Below, piece after piece: positions 40,699 to 50,921 of a stretch of DNA of 64,000 nucleotides. The notes beneath the pieces were generated by a model. That model worked only from the letters and a program-made list of their open reading frames with translations. It made no database searches and was not told the DNA's origin. The first letter of the stretch is position 1. Each line of letters begins with the position of its first letter. A program made the translations under genes and the position numbers. This DNA comes from an uncultured Planctomycetaceae bacterium (GTDB lineage: Bacteria > Planctomycetota > Planctomycetia > Planctomycetales > Planctomycetaceae): the NCBI GenBank assembly GCA_963815195.1, contig CAWFGE010000012.1:960001-1024000 (forward strand), read 5' to 3'.

Positions 40699-43497
40699 TC
40701 AGTCGAGCAGGGATTCGACGTTTTCCGTACGGAAAGCCGAATCGAGCGCGGCGAGATCTTCCTCCCGCACGAATCGCCGAACTCCCGTTGCCAAATGGTC
40801 GGCCATCAACTCGTCCGGATCCGTCTCCAAGGGTTCGTCCGAAAGACCCAGCACGTGTCCGAGTTCGTGGGTGATCACCGTCAACAGATCGACCCGGCCT
40901 TGTGCGCCGGGCCCGAGGGCGATGCCGGTCTTGGAAAACTCGCTGTCGTCGCCGGGCGTGTCATCGATAAAGTAACCCGCGCCCGCGGCGTCGGGATCGA
41001 TCAGAATCCGATTCCCATACGTCAGCCCCAGCAGATTCCCCGGCAGGTCCGCGAATTCCACGGTCGCGGAATTCAACAGCGAAACGCCCGCGTCATCGAG
41101 GCCCGCCGCGGCGAACCGCTCGATCGCGGCGTCGGTGAGATTGGCGAGATCCTCGGCCGTCGGCAGGGAATCCGGCTCGGCTGTGTAAACCCGATTCGCC
41201 TGTTCCAATCCGTCGGCAAGTTCGAGAGGCGAGCCGCCGCCCGCGCTGGCTTTGGAGCCGGCCACGTAAATCCCGCCGGTGTCAAACGGGTCGAAGGCGA
41301 AAAAGCTGGCGAGGTCGATGCCGCCTCCGAAGGTCGTCAAGATCAAGCCGTCGAAGACCCGCACGTGCGGCCCGCCCCCGGGACCGGCCCCGGTGATGAT
41401 GTCCGCGAAGCCGTCGCCGTTGGCATCCACCGCCGCGACGCGAACGCCGCCCGTGAAATTGACAGCGTAGGCAAAAAGTTGGGAGAGCATCGCGCCCGCT
41501 TGATTGAAGACTTTGACGTGTGGCCCGCCGCCCTCGCCCGGCCCGGTGATGATCTCGTCCTTCCCGTCGCCGTTGACATCGCCCGAGGCGACAAACACGC
41601 CCCCGAAGAAACCGTCATAGGCAAAGAAGTCGGAAATCACCGAGGCGTCGGTCGGGTTGCCGATGACGGTCATGCCGCTGTAAACCCGCACTCGGGAGCC
41701 GCCGCCCGCTCCGGCGGCGACGATCAAGTCGGCCCGGCCGTCGCCGTTGATATCCCCGCTGGCAACGTGCACGCCGCCCAGAAAGCCGCCGAAGGGGAAC
41801 ACCTGGGCGAGCAGATTCTGATTGGTCCCGTCGAAGATCCGCACGGTCGCGACGCCCCCGGCACCGGAGCCGGCGATGATGTCGGCAATGCCGTCGCCGG
41901 TGATGTCCCCCGCCGCCAGGAACACGCCCCCGAAAAATCCCGGGAACGCCTGAAAATCCCGCAGGGTCTGGCTGGGATCGACGCCGCTCATGACGAGCAC
42001 CCGCGAAGTCACGCCGGCACCCGGACCGGGAACGGTGATAATGTCTTTCGTGCCGTCGCCGTTGACGTCGCCCAAGGCAATGCGGACCTCGAACCCGGAC
42101 GATCCATACGCCTGCCGAGCGAACCGGGCGTTGCCGTTCCGGCTGGTGGCGTTGTAGGCCCGGCTGTCGAGGTTGCCGGAGTTGACGCCGGGACTGACGG
42201 CATAGGGCTGCGTGAGGGTGGGAAAGAATTCCACCGCCCCCTGATCGACCGAGGGGGCCCCGCCGCCGCTGGCAGACACGTTCCGCGCGTAGCCGCGCTG
42301 GTCGAGCGTTGTGGCCCCCGCCGTCACCCCGGCCCCCAGCACCGGACTGCCGGGGAGTGGCAGCATCGTGAACGTCGGGCCGCCGTTGTCCTGCAGCGGC
42401 CCGAGTTGCGGATTGCCGCCGATCAAGTTCGCCTGGCTGCCCGCTCCGTTGATGGCCGTCCCGCCGTTGGTATCGTCGTTGTTTGCCCCGCTGTTTTGGG
42501 AGACGATCAGGTTGATTCCGGTGACGGTGCCGCCGCCGATCCGCCGCAGTCCGCCCGCGCTGTCGGCCGCCGTGCTGAAGTCGAGGTTGTTGGCGATGGT
42601 GACATTCATCACCATGACCGTCCCGGCCTCCGCGCTGATGCCTCCGCCGCCGAACATGCTCACATTCCCGGCGATCGTGGAGTTTTGCAGCGTGAGGGCC
42701 GTGCTGGTCGTGCTGAAATTGGCAATCCCGCCCCCGGATCCGTTCGCCGCGGTGTTATGCGAAATGGTGCTGTTGGTGATCGTCGTTTGGATGGAACCGT
42801 TTTCGGTCACGATGCCGCCCCCGCTGTCCGCGAGGTTGCTGTCGATGGTGGTCTGGTTGACGACGAGGGTGCCGCTGAAGTTAAAGATCCCGCCGCCCTC
42901 GACGGCTGCGGAGTTACTGATAATTTTCGACCGCTGAATCTCCACCCGGCCGCTATCGACGCTGATCCCTCCGCCAAAGCTGCCCTGGTTCGAGGAGACC
43001 ACCATGTCCTTAAGAACCGTATTCGGTCCGGCGTTGGCAATCCCGCCCCCACCCGAACCGGTGCTGCCTTGAGTGATCGTCAAGAACTGTAGCGTGACGT
43101 TCCCCGCGGTGGACGTGATGTTGAACACGCGGTCGTTGTTGTTGCCGCTGACGATGATCCCGGCCGGATCGAAGGTCGGGCCGAGGATGTATACCGAATC
43201 GGTGATCTCGATCTGCCCGGAGGTCAGCGTAATCACCCGCGAGGTGTTGAGCAGGTTTTGGCTGAAGCGGATGTCGTCCGGTCGGCCGGCGGTATTGGGA
43301 TTGAGATTGGCATTGATGACCGCCTGCCGCAACGAGCCGGCTCCGGAATCGTTCAAGTTGGTGACCGTGAACGTGGAGAGCAGGCAGCGATCTTCGAGCG
43401 TTTCGATCCTGGCTGGCACCGGCAAAACCCGCTGGGACTTTCTCGAACGGAGCGGACGATTCGTCGCCAGACCACGCAGCCAATCGGAGAGAAGCAT
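40699..43497 (-). CDS. Secreted surface protein: LEDR leader, beta-helix/choice-of-anchor Q-like region, FG-GAP-like repeats, HExxH motif
   Basis: ETLEDRCLLS, GSLRQA, GGGI repeats, LGPLQDNGGPT, GDVNGDG..D repeats and HELGHVLGL. Confidence 0.85.
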   Translation of the reverse strand: MLLSDWLRGLATNRPLRSRKSQRVLPVPARIETLEDRCLLSTFTVTNLNDSGAGSLRQAVINANLNPNTAGRPDDIRFSQNLLNTSRVITLTSGQIEITDSVYILGPTFDPAGIIVSGNNNDRVFNITSTAGNVTLQFLTITQGSTGSGGGGIANAGPNTVLKDMVVSSNQGSFGGGISVDSGRVEIQRSKIISNSAAVEGGGIFNFSGTLVVNQTTIDSNLADSGGGIVTENGSIQTTITNSTISHNTAANGSGGGIANFSTTSTALTLQNSTIAGNVSMFGGGGISAEAGTVMVMNVTIANNLDFSTAADSAGGLRRIGGGTVTGINLIVSQNSGANNDDTNGGTAINGAGSQANLIGGNPQLGPLQDNGGPTFTMLPLPGSPVLGAGVTAGATTLDQRGYARNVSASGGGAPSVDQGAVEFFPTLTQPYAVSPGVNSGNLDSRAYNATSRNGNARFARQAYGSSGFEVRIALGDVNGDGTKDIITVPGPGAGVTSRVLVMSGVDPSQTLRDFQAFPGFFGGVFLAAGDITGDGIADIIAGSGAGGVATVRIFDGTNQNLLAQVFPFGGFLGGVHVASGDINGDGRADLIVAAGAGGGSRVRVYSGMTVIGNPTDASVISDFFAYDGFFGGVFVASGDVNGDGKDEIITGPGEGGGPHVKVFNQAGAMLSQLFAYAVNFTGGVRVAAVDANGDGFADIITGAGPGGGPHVRVFDGLILTTFGGGIDLASFFAFDPFDTGGIYVAGSKASAGGGSPLELADGLEQANRVYTAEPDSLPTAEDLANLTDAAIERFAAAGLDDAGVSLLNSATVEFADLPGNLLGLTYGNRILIDPDAAGAGYFIDDTPGDDSEFSKTGIALGPGAQGRVDLLTVITHELGHVLGLSDEPLETDPDELMADHLATGVRRFVREEDLAALDSAFRTENVESLLD

Positions 43498-43966
43498 GGG
43501 ACCTTCCTTCAAGAGAAATCAAACGGACAACTCCATTCCGATCCTACCGAGGCGATGCCGGATTCGCGCACGAATCTTGGGTATTTTTCCTAATTTCGCC
43601 AATTTTCCAGGCGATCCGCTGTCCTTGAACTGCGCGCGATTTCGGCAAACCTGCCGAACCGTGTGGCTTGCCGGGGAAACACGCTTGGTAATTTTTCCCG
43701 AAGGGGCGGAAAACCCGCGGGAGCCTCGCGGCAGTTTTTCGAGATTTCGCGACGTTTTCGCCTTGTTTTCAAGGATTTCATGCGAAGGCGTCTGAAAAAT
43801 CCCGGGTTGAGGCATGGCCCTTGCAACGACTTTTCGCGGACGAATTTCGGCGGTGGTGGTTTTTTGATTTTACTTCTTAATTAAGGATGATATATTGATG
43901 ATTCAGCCCGTGGAACTCACTCCCGTTTCTCGTCTCTCGAGAACCAAAGCGAAGGATCGATCATCA

Positions 43967-44275
43967 ATGTCAACCTCGCCCGAATTCCCAGCCGTCCCCC
44001 TTGTCGCGCCTCCCATCCCAGAGACATGCAGCCCCCTGCCGGGCCATTCGTTTGAAGCCCGCATTCGCCACGACCTGATGGCGTGCCCCGAGCTGCAATT
44101 CTCGAGCCTCGTCGTCCGCCGCATTCCGGACGGCGTTTGCCTGGAAGGCGTGGTATCCACGTCCGAAGACCGGCTCGGCGTCTGCCAACTCGTCCGCGAA
44201 GTCGCCGGCGTCACCGCGGTGCTCAACCATCTCGTGATGTGCCCCGAGGCCAAATCCCAGCCCCCGAAAGGCTAA
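43967..44275 (+). CDS. Small BON-domain-like protein
   Basis: V.LEGVV...V..V.GV..V.N.L pattern. Confidence 0.6.
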   Translation: MSTSPEFPAVPLVAPPIPETCSPLPGHSFEARIRHDLMACPELQFSSLVVRRIPDGVCLEGVVSTSEDRLGVCQLVREVAGVTAVLNHLVMCPEAKSQPPKG

Positions 44276-44297
44276 CCGCGGCTTCGGCTCGGCTATT

Positions 44298-44861
44298 TCA
44301 ATCGGTCGATTTCGGGATTCGATCGGGGCTCGACTTGGAATCGCCCCTTTCGGGTTCGTGCTCCACCGTGTACTCGGCTTCGATTTCGATTTCACTTTTG
44401 GGCCGACTCGCGGGGGACGACGACGAACCGAACGTGAAAAACCCCAGCGGGCCGGGGATCAGCCGGCGGGCCAGCCAGCCCCGCAGCAAGCGGCGGACCG
44501 GCGGCATCAAGAGCAAAAATCCCGTCGCGTCGGTCATCATCCCCGGCGTGATCAACAGCGCCCCCGCAATGAAGATCATCAACCCGTCCATCAACTCCGC
44601 CGTCGGCGGCTTGCCTTCCGAGAGTTGGCGGCGGATGCGATACCAGGTCTCCAAACCCTGCCGGCGGGCCAACGCCGCCCCCACAATCCCCGTGAGAATC
44701 ACGACGGCAAGTGTCGTTGCCAAATCCGTGACCTTGTAGAGTTGGATCAACAGGGCCAACTCGATCAAGGGCACCAACGTCAAAAGCAGAATCAGCAAAA
44801 GGAATGTCACGGTCTTGGTTCCAGCGGAAAGCGGGGAGTCCAAAGCGGAGTGCCGATCCAA
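44298..44861 (-). CDS. FxsA family membrane protein (start uncertain)
   Basis: PLIEL.LLI, G..LARRQG and LLITPG..TD..G motifs. Confidence 0.88.
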   Translation of the reverse strand: MDRHSALDSPLSAGTKTVTFLLLILLLTLVPLIELALLIQLYKVTDLATTLAVVILTGIVGAALARRQGLETWYRIRRQLSEGKPPTAELMDGLMIFIAGALLITPGMMTDATGFLLLMPPVRRLLRGWLARRLIPGPLGFFTFGSSSSPASRPKSEIEIEAEYTVEHEPERGDSKSSPDRIPKSTD

Positions 44862-44919
44862 TCTTCCGGCACTTCGCTCTGGGCTCTTGGCTTTTCCGGC
44901 TCTTGGCTCTTAGCCTTTT

Positions 44920-45306
44920 TTAGGATTTCATCGACTTGAGGGCTTTGCGGCGGGAGGGAAAATTCGGCCAGCGTTCGGTCAGGTTCATGATCTTCAGGAC
45001 GTTCTGCATCTCCTCCGACGCATTGCAGGTCACGACTTTTCCTCCCTTTTCGAGGATGCGGTTGACCATCGTATTCAGCGCTCCGATGATGACCGACCCG
45101 TAATACTCTTCCCGGGCCAAGTCGATCACCAAATCCCGGACCTCCGGTTCGTCCAACAGTTCGAGAACGGTGTGCATCTCGCTGACGACCAGGGAATGGC
45201 GAAACTCAAAGGCCTCGCCCGTGGGGGAAATAATCAACGTATCGCCCTTGGTTTCCACAAGAAATACCTTATGGAATTGGGTTTCCGACAATTCGATCAT
45301 ATACAT
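44920..45306 (-). CDS. STAS domain / anti-sigma factor antagonist
   Basis: LVIDL....YYGS..IG.L; GGKV..CN....VL.IM.L. Confidence 0.75.
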   Translation of the reverse strand: MYMIELSETQFHKVFLVETKGDTLIISPTGEAFEFRHSLVVSEMHTVLELLDEPEVRDLVIDLAREEYYGSVIIGALNTMVNRILEKGGKVVTCNASEEMQNVLKIMNLTERWPNFPSRRKALKSMKS

Positions 45307-45483
45307 CCCGTCTGGAAGAGAAAACAGGCGGATCCGCCGAGAGAACCTGAGACAAGGGGCGGGGAAACCAGAACGGCTCCCGAACGCGTCCTCGCCGAAC
45401 CTCCCTTTTGTACCACAACGAAGTTCCGCCGTCATTCATCAATTCCGTCCAATTCGACCGATTCGCGGGAGATTTTTCCGGTG

Positions 45484-45598
45484 GGCGTCAAGAATACCTG
45501 GTGCGCGCTCTTTCACCTCCCAGGGGAGGTGAAATCCATCATTCATTGATCATCACACAAAAAGATCATCCGCCTGCCCCCGATTCGCTGGAAGCGCC
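45484..45598. repeat. MITE-like element copy 3 (partial, reverse orientation)
   Basis: Shares the tttcacctccc..gggaggtgaaatccatcattc..gatcatcacacaaaaagatcatcc core and one TIR. Confidence 0.8.
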
Positions 45599-45668
45599 AA
45601 AAAACGCTCCTCGGCCGGGAAACCGAAGAGCGTGTGGGTTGGGGCGAGAGGACCCAATTCCAAGGAGT

Positions 45669-46358
45669 TTATCCGCCGATGCGGATCGAGAAGGCCACCT
45701 GGCCGGGGCGGATGCGGTAATTGACACCGCTTTGGCTCGGGTACTGGCTGGGCAACGGAGGCAAACCCCGCGTGCCGGGATTCGCGGGCGTGTTGTAAGT
45801 CGGCGGCAGGTTGGACGGCGATAAGGCGGGAACGCCGGGCGACACCTGGCTGGGCGGCAAAGGCGGCGCCACGCCCGACGGGCCGATTTCCGCGTCCAGG
45901 TCTTCCTGCAAATGGTGGATCGTGGTTTCCATCTGCCCGACCAGGACCTGCAGGCGGCGGAGATGAAAACCGCTCACGCCGGCGGGGGCCGGCGTCTGGC
46001 AAATGCACCCGTGCCGCACCGGGACCGGACGCGCGGCACCGAACTGGGCCAGCATCTCCTGGGCATGATGAAACGAGGCGTCGATTTCGTCGGCGTCGTC
46101 TTTCAGGTGCCGGAGGTCGCCGCTGTTGTGGGCCACGTCGTGCACGTGCTCCGCCAGGCTATACAGGTTGTAAAAATCTTTGTAAAGGTGAGGGAACGTC
46201 GGCGAGCGCTGGAATCCATAGCGGACCTCCTGGCACGCCAAAGCCGCCTGTTGTCTCAAACTGAAGGCCAGATCATCCAGATGCGGATCCGCCGCCGACG
46301 CGGCATTCGTCAAGATTCCCGAAGTCAGCACAAAAAAGGCCGGGGCGATCAGCTTCAT
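45669..46358 (-). CDS. Hypothetical secreted protein with Pro-rich tail
   Basis: Signal-peptide-like N-terminus (MKLIAPAFF...ASA) behind a cagga RBS; helical His-rich core. Confidence 0.6.
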   Translation of the reverse strand: MKLIAPAFFVLTSGILTNAASAADPHLDDLAFSLRQQAALACQEVRYGFQRSPTFPHLYKDFYNLYSLAEHVHDVAHNSGDLRHLKDDADEIDASFHHAQEMLAQFGAARPVPVRHGCICQTPAPAGVSGFHLRRLQVLVGQMETTIHHLQEDLDAEIGPSGVAPPLPPSQVSPGVPALSPSNLPPTYNTPANPGTRGLPPLPSQYPSQSGVNYRIRPGQVAFSIRIGG

Positions 46359-46573
46359 GATATGTTCCTGCTGAATGGACAATGGAAAATTCCTGTCGTG
46401 GGAATCCACGGGACGGAAGTGGGCGGGTCTCATCGGTGTAAAAATGGCAAAACGGGTTGAAACCCCGACAAGATCTGCGGGCATTTTGGAGAAAATTGAG
46501 AAACGGCACGGACTTTTCGCCCGACCGAGCAATTTCCAGACCCTTTTTACCGATCATCCCAAGCAGAATCGAC

Positions 46574-47302
46574 ATGCGAACGACGACATTGGGCCAGTTG
46601 CACTGTGTGATTTTTGATCCGCCGAACGGGGCCGACCCGGAGCGGGTGGTGATCTTATCCCACGGCTTCGGAGCGCCGGGGACCGACCTGGTGCCGCTCG
46701 CCGGCGAACTTCTGCATTTGGAGCTTTTGCTGGCCCCCGGCACGCAGTTCATCTTCCCCGCCGCCCCGCTGAGCCTGGATTCGATGGGCCTCTACGGCGG
46801 GCGGGCGTGGTGGATGATCGATCTGGAAAGCCGGATCGCAGCCATCGAACGCGGTGAACTCGACATTTTCCGCAACGAGCTTCCGCCGGGCATGTCCGAA
46901 GCCAGCGATGCGCTGTTGTCGGTGGTGGAAGACGCGTTACGCCAAACCGGACTCGATGCGTCCCGGCTCATCATCGGCGGGTTTTCGCAAGGCTCGATGG
47001 TCTCGACCGACGTGGCCCTCCGCCTGGAGCAATCGCCCGCGGCGTTGGCGGTCCTCTCCGGCACGCTCCTCTGCGAAGACCGCTGGAAAGACCTCGCGTC
47101 CCGCCGGGGACCGCTCCGCGTGCTCCAGACGCACGGCCACTTCGATCCGATCCTGCCCTTCGAGTGCGCCCTGTGGCTCAAGGAACTTTTTGAGAATGCC
47201 GGTTTCGCCGTCGACTTTCGCCCCTTCCCGGGACAGCATCAAATCCCCATGACCGCGCTGGAGGGCCTGGCAAAACTCATCCGCGAGATTGACGAGGGCT
47301 GA
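46574..47302 (+). CDS. Phospholipase/carboxylesterase (alpha/beta hydrolase)
   Basis: HGFGAPG.DL, GGFSQG, HG..DP.LP and F.G.H.I motifs. Confidence 0.9.
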   Translation: MRTTTLGQLHCVIFDPPNGADPERVVILSHGFGAPGTDLVPLAGELLHLELLLAPGTQFIFPAAPLSLDSMGLYGGRAWWMIDLESRIAAIERGELDIFRNELPPGMSEASDALLSVVEDALRQTGLDASRLIIGGFSQGSMVSTDVALRLEQSPAALAVLSGTLLCEDRWKDLASRRGPLRVLQTHGHFDPILPFECALWLKELFENAGFAVDFRPFPGQHQIPMTALEGLAKLIREIDEG

Positions 47303-47450
47303 CGTTCCATGATCCCCATGTGTGCCGAGCGAGGGTGGCTGTTGGTGCAAGGGGAAGAGGGATGCCGAGCGTGGATTCCCCAATGAATTACGGGAGATTT
47401 TCATGGCCCCAGCCCGAAGACACCTGAAGCCTTCCCATCGTCGAAATCTC

Positions 47451-47534
47451 AATGAATGATGGGGAGGCGAAAGAGCGTCCACAAGATATTCCTTAACGCC
47501 GTCGTTGTGGCCCCCTGATTATCCGGAGGAACCC
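47451..47534. repeat. MITE-like element copy 4 (diverged, partial)
   Basis: ggggaggcgaaagag..cacaagatattccttaacgccgtcg..ccccctgatt..ccggaggaacc matches the 3' half of copy 1. Confidence 0.7.
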
Positions 47535-47572
47535 AAAAAAACACACGGGAGTCGGCAAAAGACTCCCGTGTG
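47535..47572 (-). terminator. Intrinsic terminator of rpsD
   Basis: 12 bp stem cacacgggagtc/gactcccgtgtg followed by T7 on the minus strand. Confidence 0.85.
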
Positions 47573-47600
47573 GTTGAGGATTCGTGTTTTTATAGCCCAA

Positions 47601-48212
47601 TTACCGCGACATAAAGGCGACGACCTGGCCGACGTCCACGGGGAGGCTGACGTCTTCCATCATCGGCAGCGTGGTGACCGTGGCGGAGAGTTCCTTGGCG
47701 TCGAAGTTGATCCAGTCCGTGGGTTGAATGCTGCCGGAGGACTCGATAATGCCTTCGTAGAGTTTCTTGAGGTTCGGGCGGTTGCGGACGGTGATCACAT
47801 CGCCGGGCCGGACCAGGATCGAAGGCTTGTTCACGGTGGTGCCGTTGACCTGGAAATGCGAATGCACAATTCCTTGCCGGGCCTGCGGCCGCGTGGCGGT
47901 GAAGCCCGCCCGCCGGACGACGTTGTCCAATCGGCGTTCGCAGAGAATCAGCAGCTGCTCGCCGGTGTTACCTTTTATCCGGCGGGCGCGGGCGAAGTAT
48001 TTCAGCAATTGCTGCTCGCGGATGCCGTAGTAGAACTTGATCTTCTGTTTTTCCAAGAGGGCCAGGCCATAGTTGGACACCTTCCGCCGACGTTGGGCCA
48101 TCCCGGGCGGATAATCCCGCTTTTCGAGGGCCTTGATGGCTCCGCTGTTCTCGAAAACCTGCGTTCCCAATCGGCGGTTAATCCGGCCCTTCGGCCCGGT
48201 GTAACGCCCCAT
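47601..48212 (-). CDS. rpsD: 30S ribosomal protein S4
   Basis: MGRYTGPK, EKQK.KFYYG, ERRLDNVV and ARQ...H.H..VNG motifs. Confidence 0.97.
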   Translation of the reverse strand: MGRYTGPKGRINRRLGTQVFENSGAIKALEKRDYPPGMAQRRRKVSNYGLALLEKQKIKFYYGIREQQLLKYFARARRIKGNTGEQLLILCERRLDNVVRRAGFTATRPQARQGIVHSHFQVNGTTVNKPSILVRPGDVITVRNRPNLKKLYEGIIESSGSIQPTDWINFDAKELSATVTTLPMMEDVSLPVDVGQVVAFMSR

Positions 48213-48466
48213 TTCCTCTCTCCTTCAACGTGGGCTCTCGCGAAACCCAGCACGAAAAACTGTTTGAATCAAAACGTTGAAATCTGTACGTCAATTTGGG
48301 AAAAGGCAAATTTATCTCCCCCGACGACGAATTTCAAGGGACCGGCGACAACTTCCATTTGTTGCCTGCGAAAAACCGCCCCGCTTGACGACTTCCAACC
48401 CCAGTCGATATAGCTCAGGGGGGAAGGGCGATTTTTCAGGCCTATTTTGCACGACCAGGGACACCA

Positions 48467-49548
48467 ATGACAGAACGCGTGTATAACTTTTCGGCGGGGC
48501 CGGCGGTGCTGCCGGTGGAAGTGCTGGAGCAAGCCCGCGATAACTTGCTCTCGCTCGGCAAAACCGGCGTGGGGATTTTGGAGCACTCGCACCGCGGCAA
48601 GGCGTTTTTGGCGGCGTATGACGAAACGGTCTCACTGTGCCGGGAACTGGCCGGCATCCCGGACGATTATGACGTGCTGTTTCTGCAGGGCGGGGCGTCG
48701 ACGCAGTTTTTCCAGGTGCCGATGAACTTCCTCACCGCGGACCGCACGGCGGATTATCTCATCACGGGATCGTGGTCGAAGAAGGCGATCGCCGAGGCCG
48801 AGCGGTTCGGCAAAACGCACGTCGTCTGCTCCAGCCAGGACCGCAACTTCTGCTACATCCCGCAGAAAAGCGACTACAGCCCTTCGCCGACTTACGTGCA
48901 TTTCACGTCGAACAACACAATCTACGGCACCGAGTTCCGCAGCGGAGCCCGACGTCCCCGCCGGGGCGTTTCTTGTCTGCGACGCCAGCAGCGATATTTT
49001 TTCAAGGCCGTTGGACATCAAAAAATACGGACTGATTTACGCGGGGGCGCAGAAGAACCTGGGGCCGAGCGGCGTGACGTTGGTCATCATCCGCAAAGAC
49101 CTGGTGGACGCGGCCGCGACCGAACTGCCCACGATGCTCCAATACCGCACGCACGCCCAGGCCGACTCCATGTACAACACGCCGCCCACCTTCGGCATTT
49201 ACATGATGGGGCTGGTTTTCAAGTGGCTGAAGAACCTGGGCGGCCTGGAGGCGATCCAACAACGCAACGAGGAAAAGGCGGCGAAGTTGTATCATTTTCT
49301 GGATCAAAGCCAACTCTTCCAAGCGACCGCCGACGCCGACAGCCGCTCGCTGATGAACGTGACCTTCGTCACCGGCGATCCCGATTTGGACGCGAAGTTC
49401 ATCTCCACTGCTAAAGAGGCCGGCTTCGACGGCTTAAAAGGCCACCGCAGCGTCGGCGGCATGCGCGAGCATTTATAATGCGTTTCCCCCCGAAGGCGTG
49501 GACCGGTTGGTTGAAGTCCTTCGGCAGTTCGAGGCGGACCACTTTTGA
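48467..49548 (+). CDS. serC: Phosphoserine aminotransferase (apparent indels at ~48944 and ~49467)
   Basis: [35 protein letters not shown] and GHRSVGG motifs across three frames. Confidence 0.93.
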
Positions 49549-49609
49549 TTCCGCACGCTCCCCAGGGATGAAGTGAGGAGAGAAGATGGAGGATCGAGGA
49601 TAGAAACCA

Positions 49610-50386
49610 ATGGCCACGGACAAATCTCAATCGCCGAAAGAGAATCTCGCACACGCCGATATTGCGCTCGTGTGCGCGTTGGCGATTGAGGTGAATCCGT
49701 TGTTGGAACGGTGTGCGAAGACGCGGAAATACACCGGGGGGAAGTTCGTGTTTCGCGGGGGGCGATATGACGAGATTCGCCTCGCCGTGGTGCAGAGCGG
49801 GATGGGGTTCGTCAATGCGAGGAACGCCACGAGCGCCCTCATCGATGCCCACACGCCGAATTGGGTGCTGTCCGTGGGCTTCTCCGGGGCGCTGGTTCAA
49901 GAGATGAAAGTCGGCGACCTGGTGATGGCGAATTCCATCGTCGATACCCACGGCAACGAGCTCACGGTGGATGTGAAGATGGCCGACGACCGCGAAAACG
50001 GCCTCTATGTCGGACGGTTGTTGAATACCGACGAGATCGTCCGCACCGTGAACGATAAGCGACAACTCGCGGAGCAGTTCGGCGCGATCGCAGTCGATAT
50101 GGAGAGCCTGGCCGTCGCCCAGATTTGCCGGGACACCGGGACGCGGTTTTTGGCGGTCCGCGTGATCAGCGACGATCTCTCCGCCGACTTGCCGCCCGAA
50201 GTGATGAGCGTGATCGGTTCCACCGGAGCCGTCCGCGTGGGGTCGGCTTTGGGTTCCCTTTGGAAACGGCCCAGCAGCATCAAGGATATGTGGCGGCTAA
50301 GAGAATCCGCCCACCACGCCGCCCAACGATTGGCCAGCTTCCTCGATGGCGTATTGGTTCAACTGCACCAGTCCGCGAAAACGTGA
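49610..50386 (+). CDS. MTA/SAH nucleosidase-like (PNP/UDP family) protein
   Basis: AL..E, SGMG, GFSGAL, AVDMES and VRVISDD motifs. Confidence 0.85.
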   Translation: MATDKSQSPKENLAHADIALVCALAIEVNPLLERCAKTRKYTGGKFVFRGGRYDEIRLAVVQSGMGFVNARNATSALIDAHTPNWVLSVGFSGALVQEMKVGDLVMANSIVDTHGNELTVDVKMADDRENGLYVGRLLNTDEIVRTVNDKRQLAEQFGAIAVDMESLAVAQICRDTGTRFLAVRVISDDLSADLPPEVMSVIGSTGAVRVGSALGSLWKRPSSIKDMWRLRESAHHAAQRLASFLDGVLVQLHQSAKT

Positions 50387-50612
50387 GTTCCGGGCCGCGA
50401 TCTGTAGAGAGCCAGAGCCTCCCGCCAGCCGTCGGCTGAGGACCGCTGCCTCTTGCCGTCGAACCGCTGACCCCGCCCCCGAAGTAATAGATTTTCCCTC
50501 CGGATTTTCTTCATCCACTTCCCGGAGTTGTGTGGGGTCTGAGGGAAGTCGGGATCGCGGGGCGGGGGCTTCGGGACTTTTCGGGACGTGCGTTTTCGAT
50601 TAGACTTCCGCA
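50387..50612 (-). pseudogene. Remnant of the N-terminal domain of a planctomycete-type integrase
   Basis: PKPP..DFP.TPH.SGKW.KKIR, then IYYFG in a shifted frame, then W.EAL.LY; no catalytic domain. Confidence 0.55.
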
Positions 50613-50830
50613 TGTCGTCACCTCTGCTGTAACGGGTTTTGGTGACGATCGCGTCTCGTGGCCACGAATCACTAGGAACCGGTTGCAAAACGCTCCACGG
50701 CCCCCCCAGATGACAGCCTCTCGTGGCCACAGATCACGAGGAGCGTTTTCTACTTTGGTCGTCTAATCGGTAGCCACCAAAAAGACCCAAAATCTGAAAA
50801 GGCACAAATCGACTAGAAAACAAGACATCC

Positions 50831-50917
<87 letters not shown>

Positions 50918-50921
50918 TTCT

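Noticed and set aside
38602..43092. 1496 aa plus-strand ORF
   Set aside because: Antisense shadow of the NfeD and secreted-protein genes in high-GC DNA; no motifs.
48467..49548. serC as pseudogene or programmed frameshift
   Set aside because: All motifs are intact, and the indels have no slippery-site context and match the window-wide error pattern.
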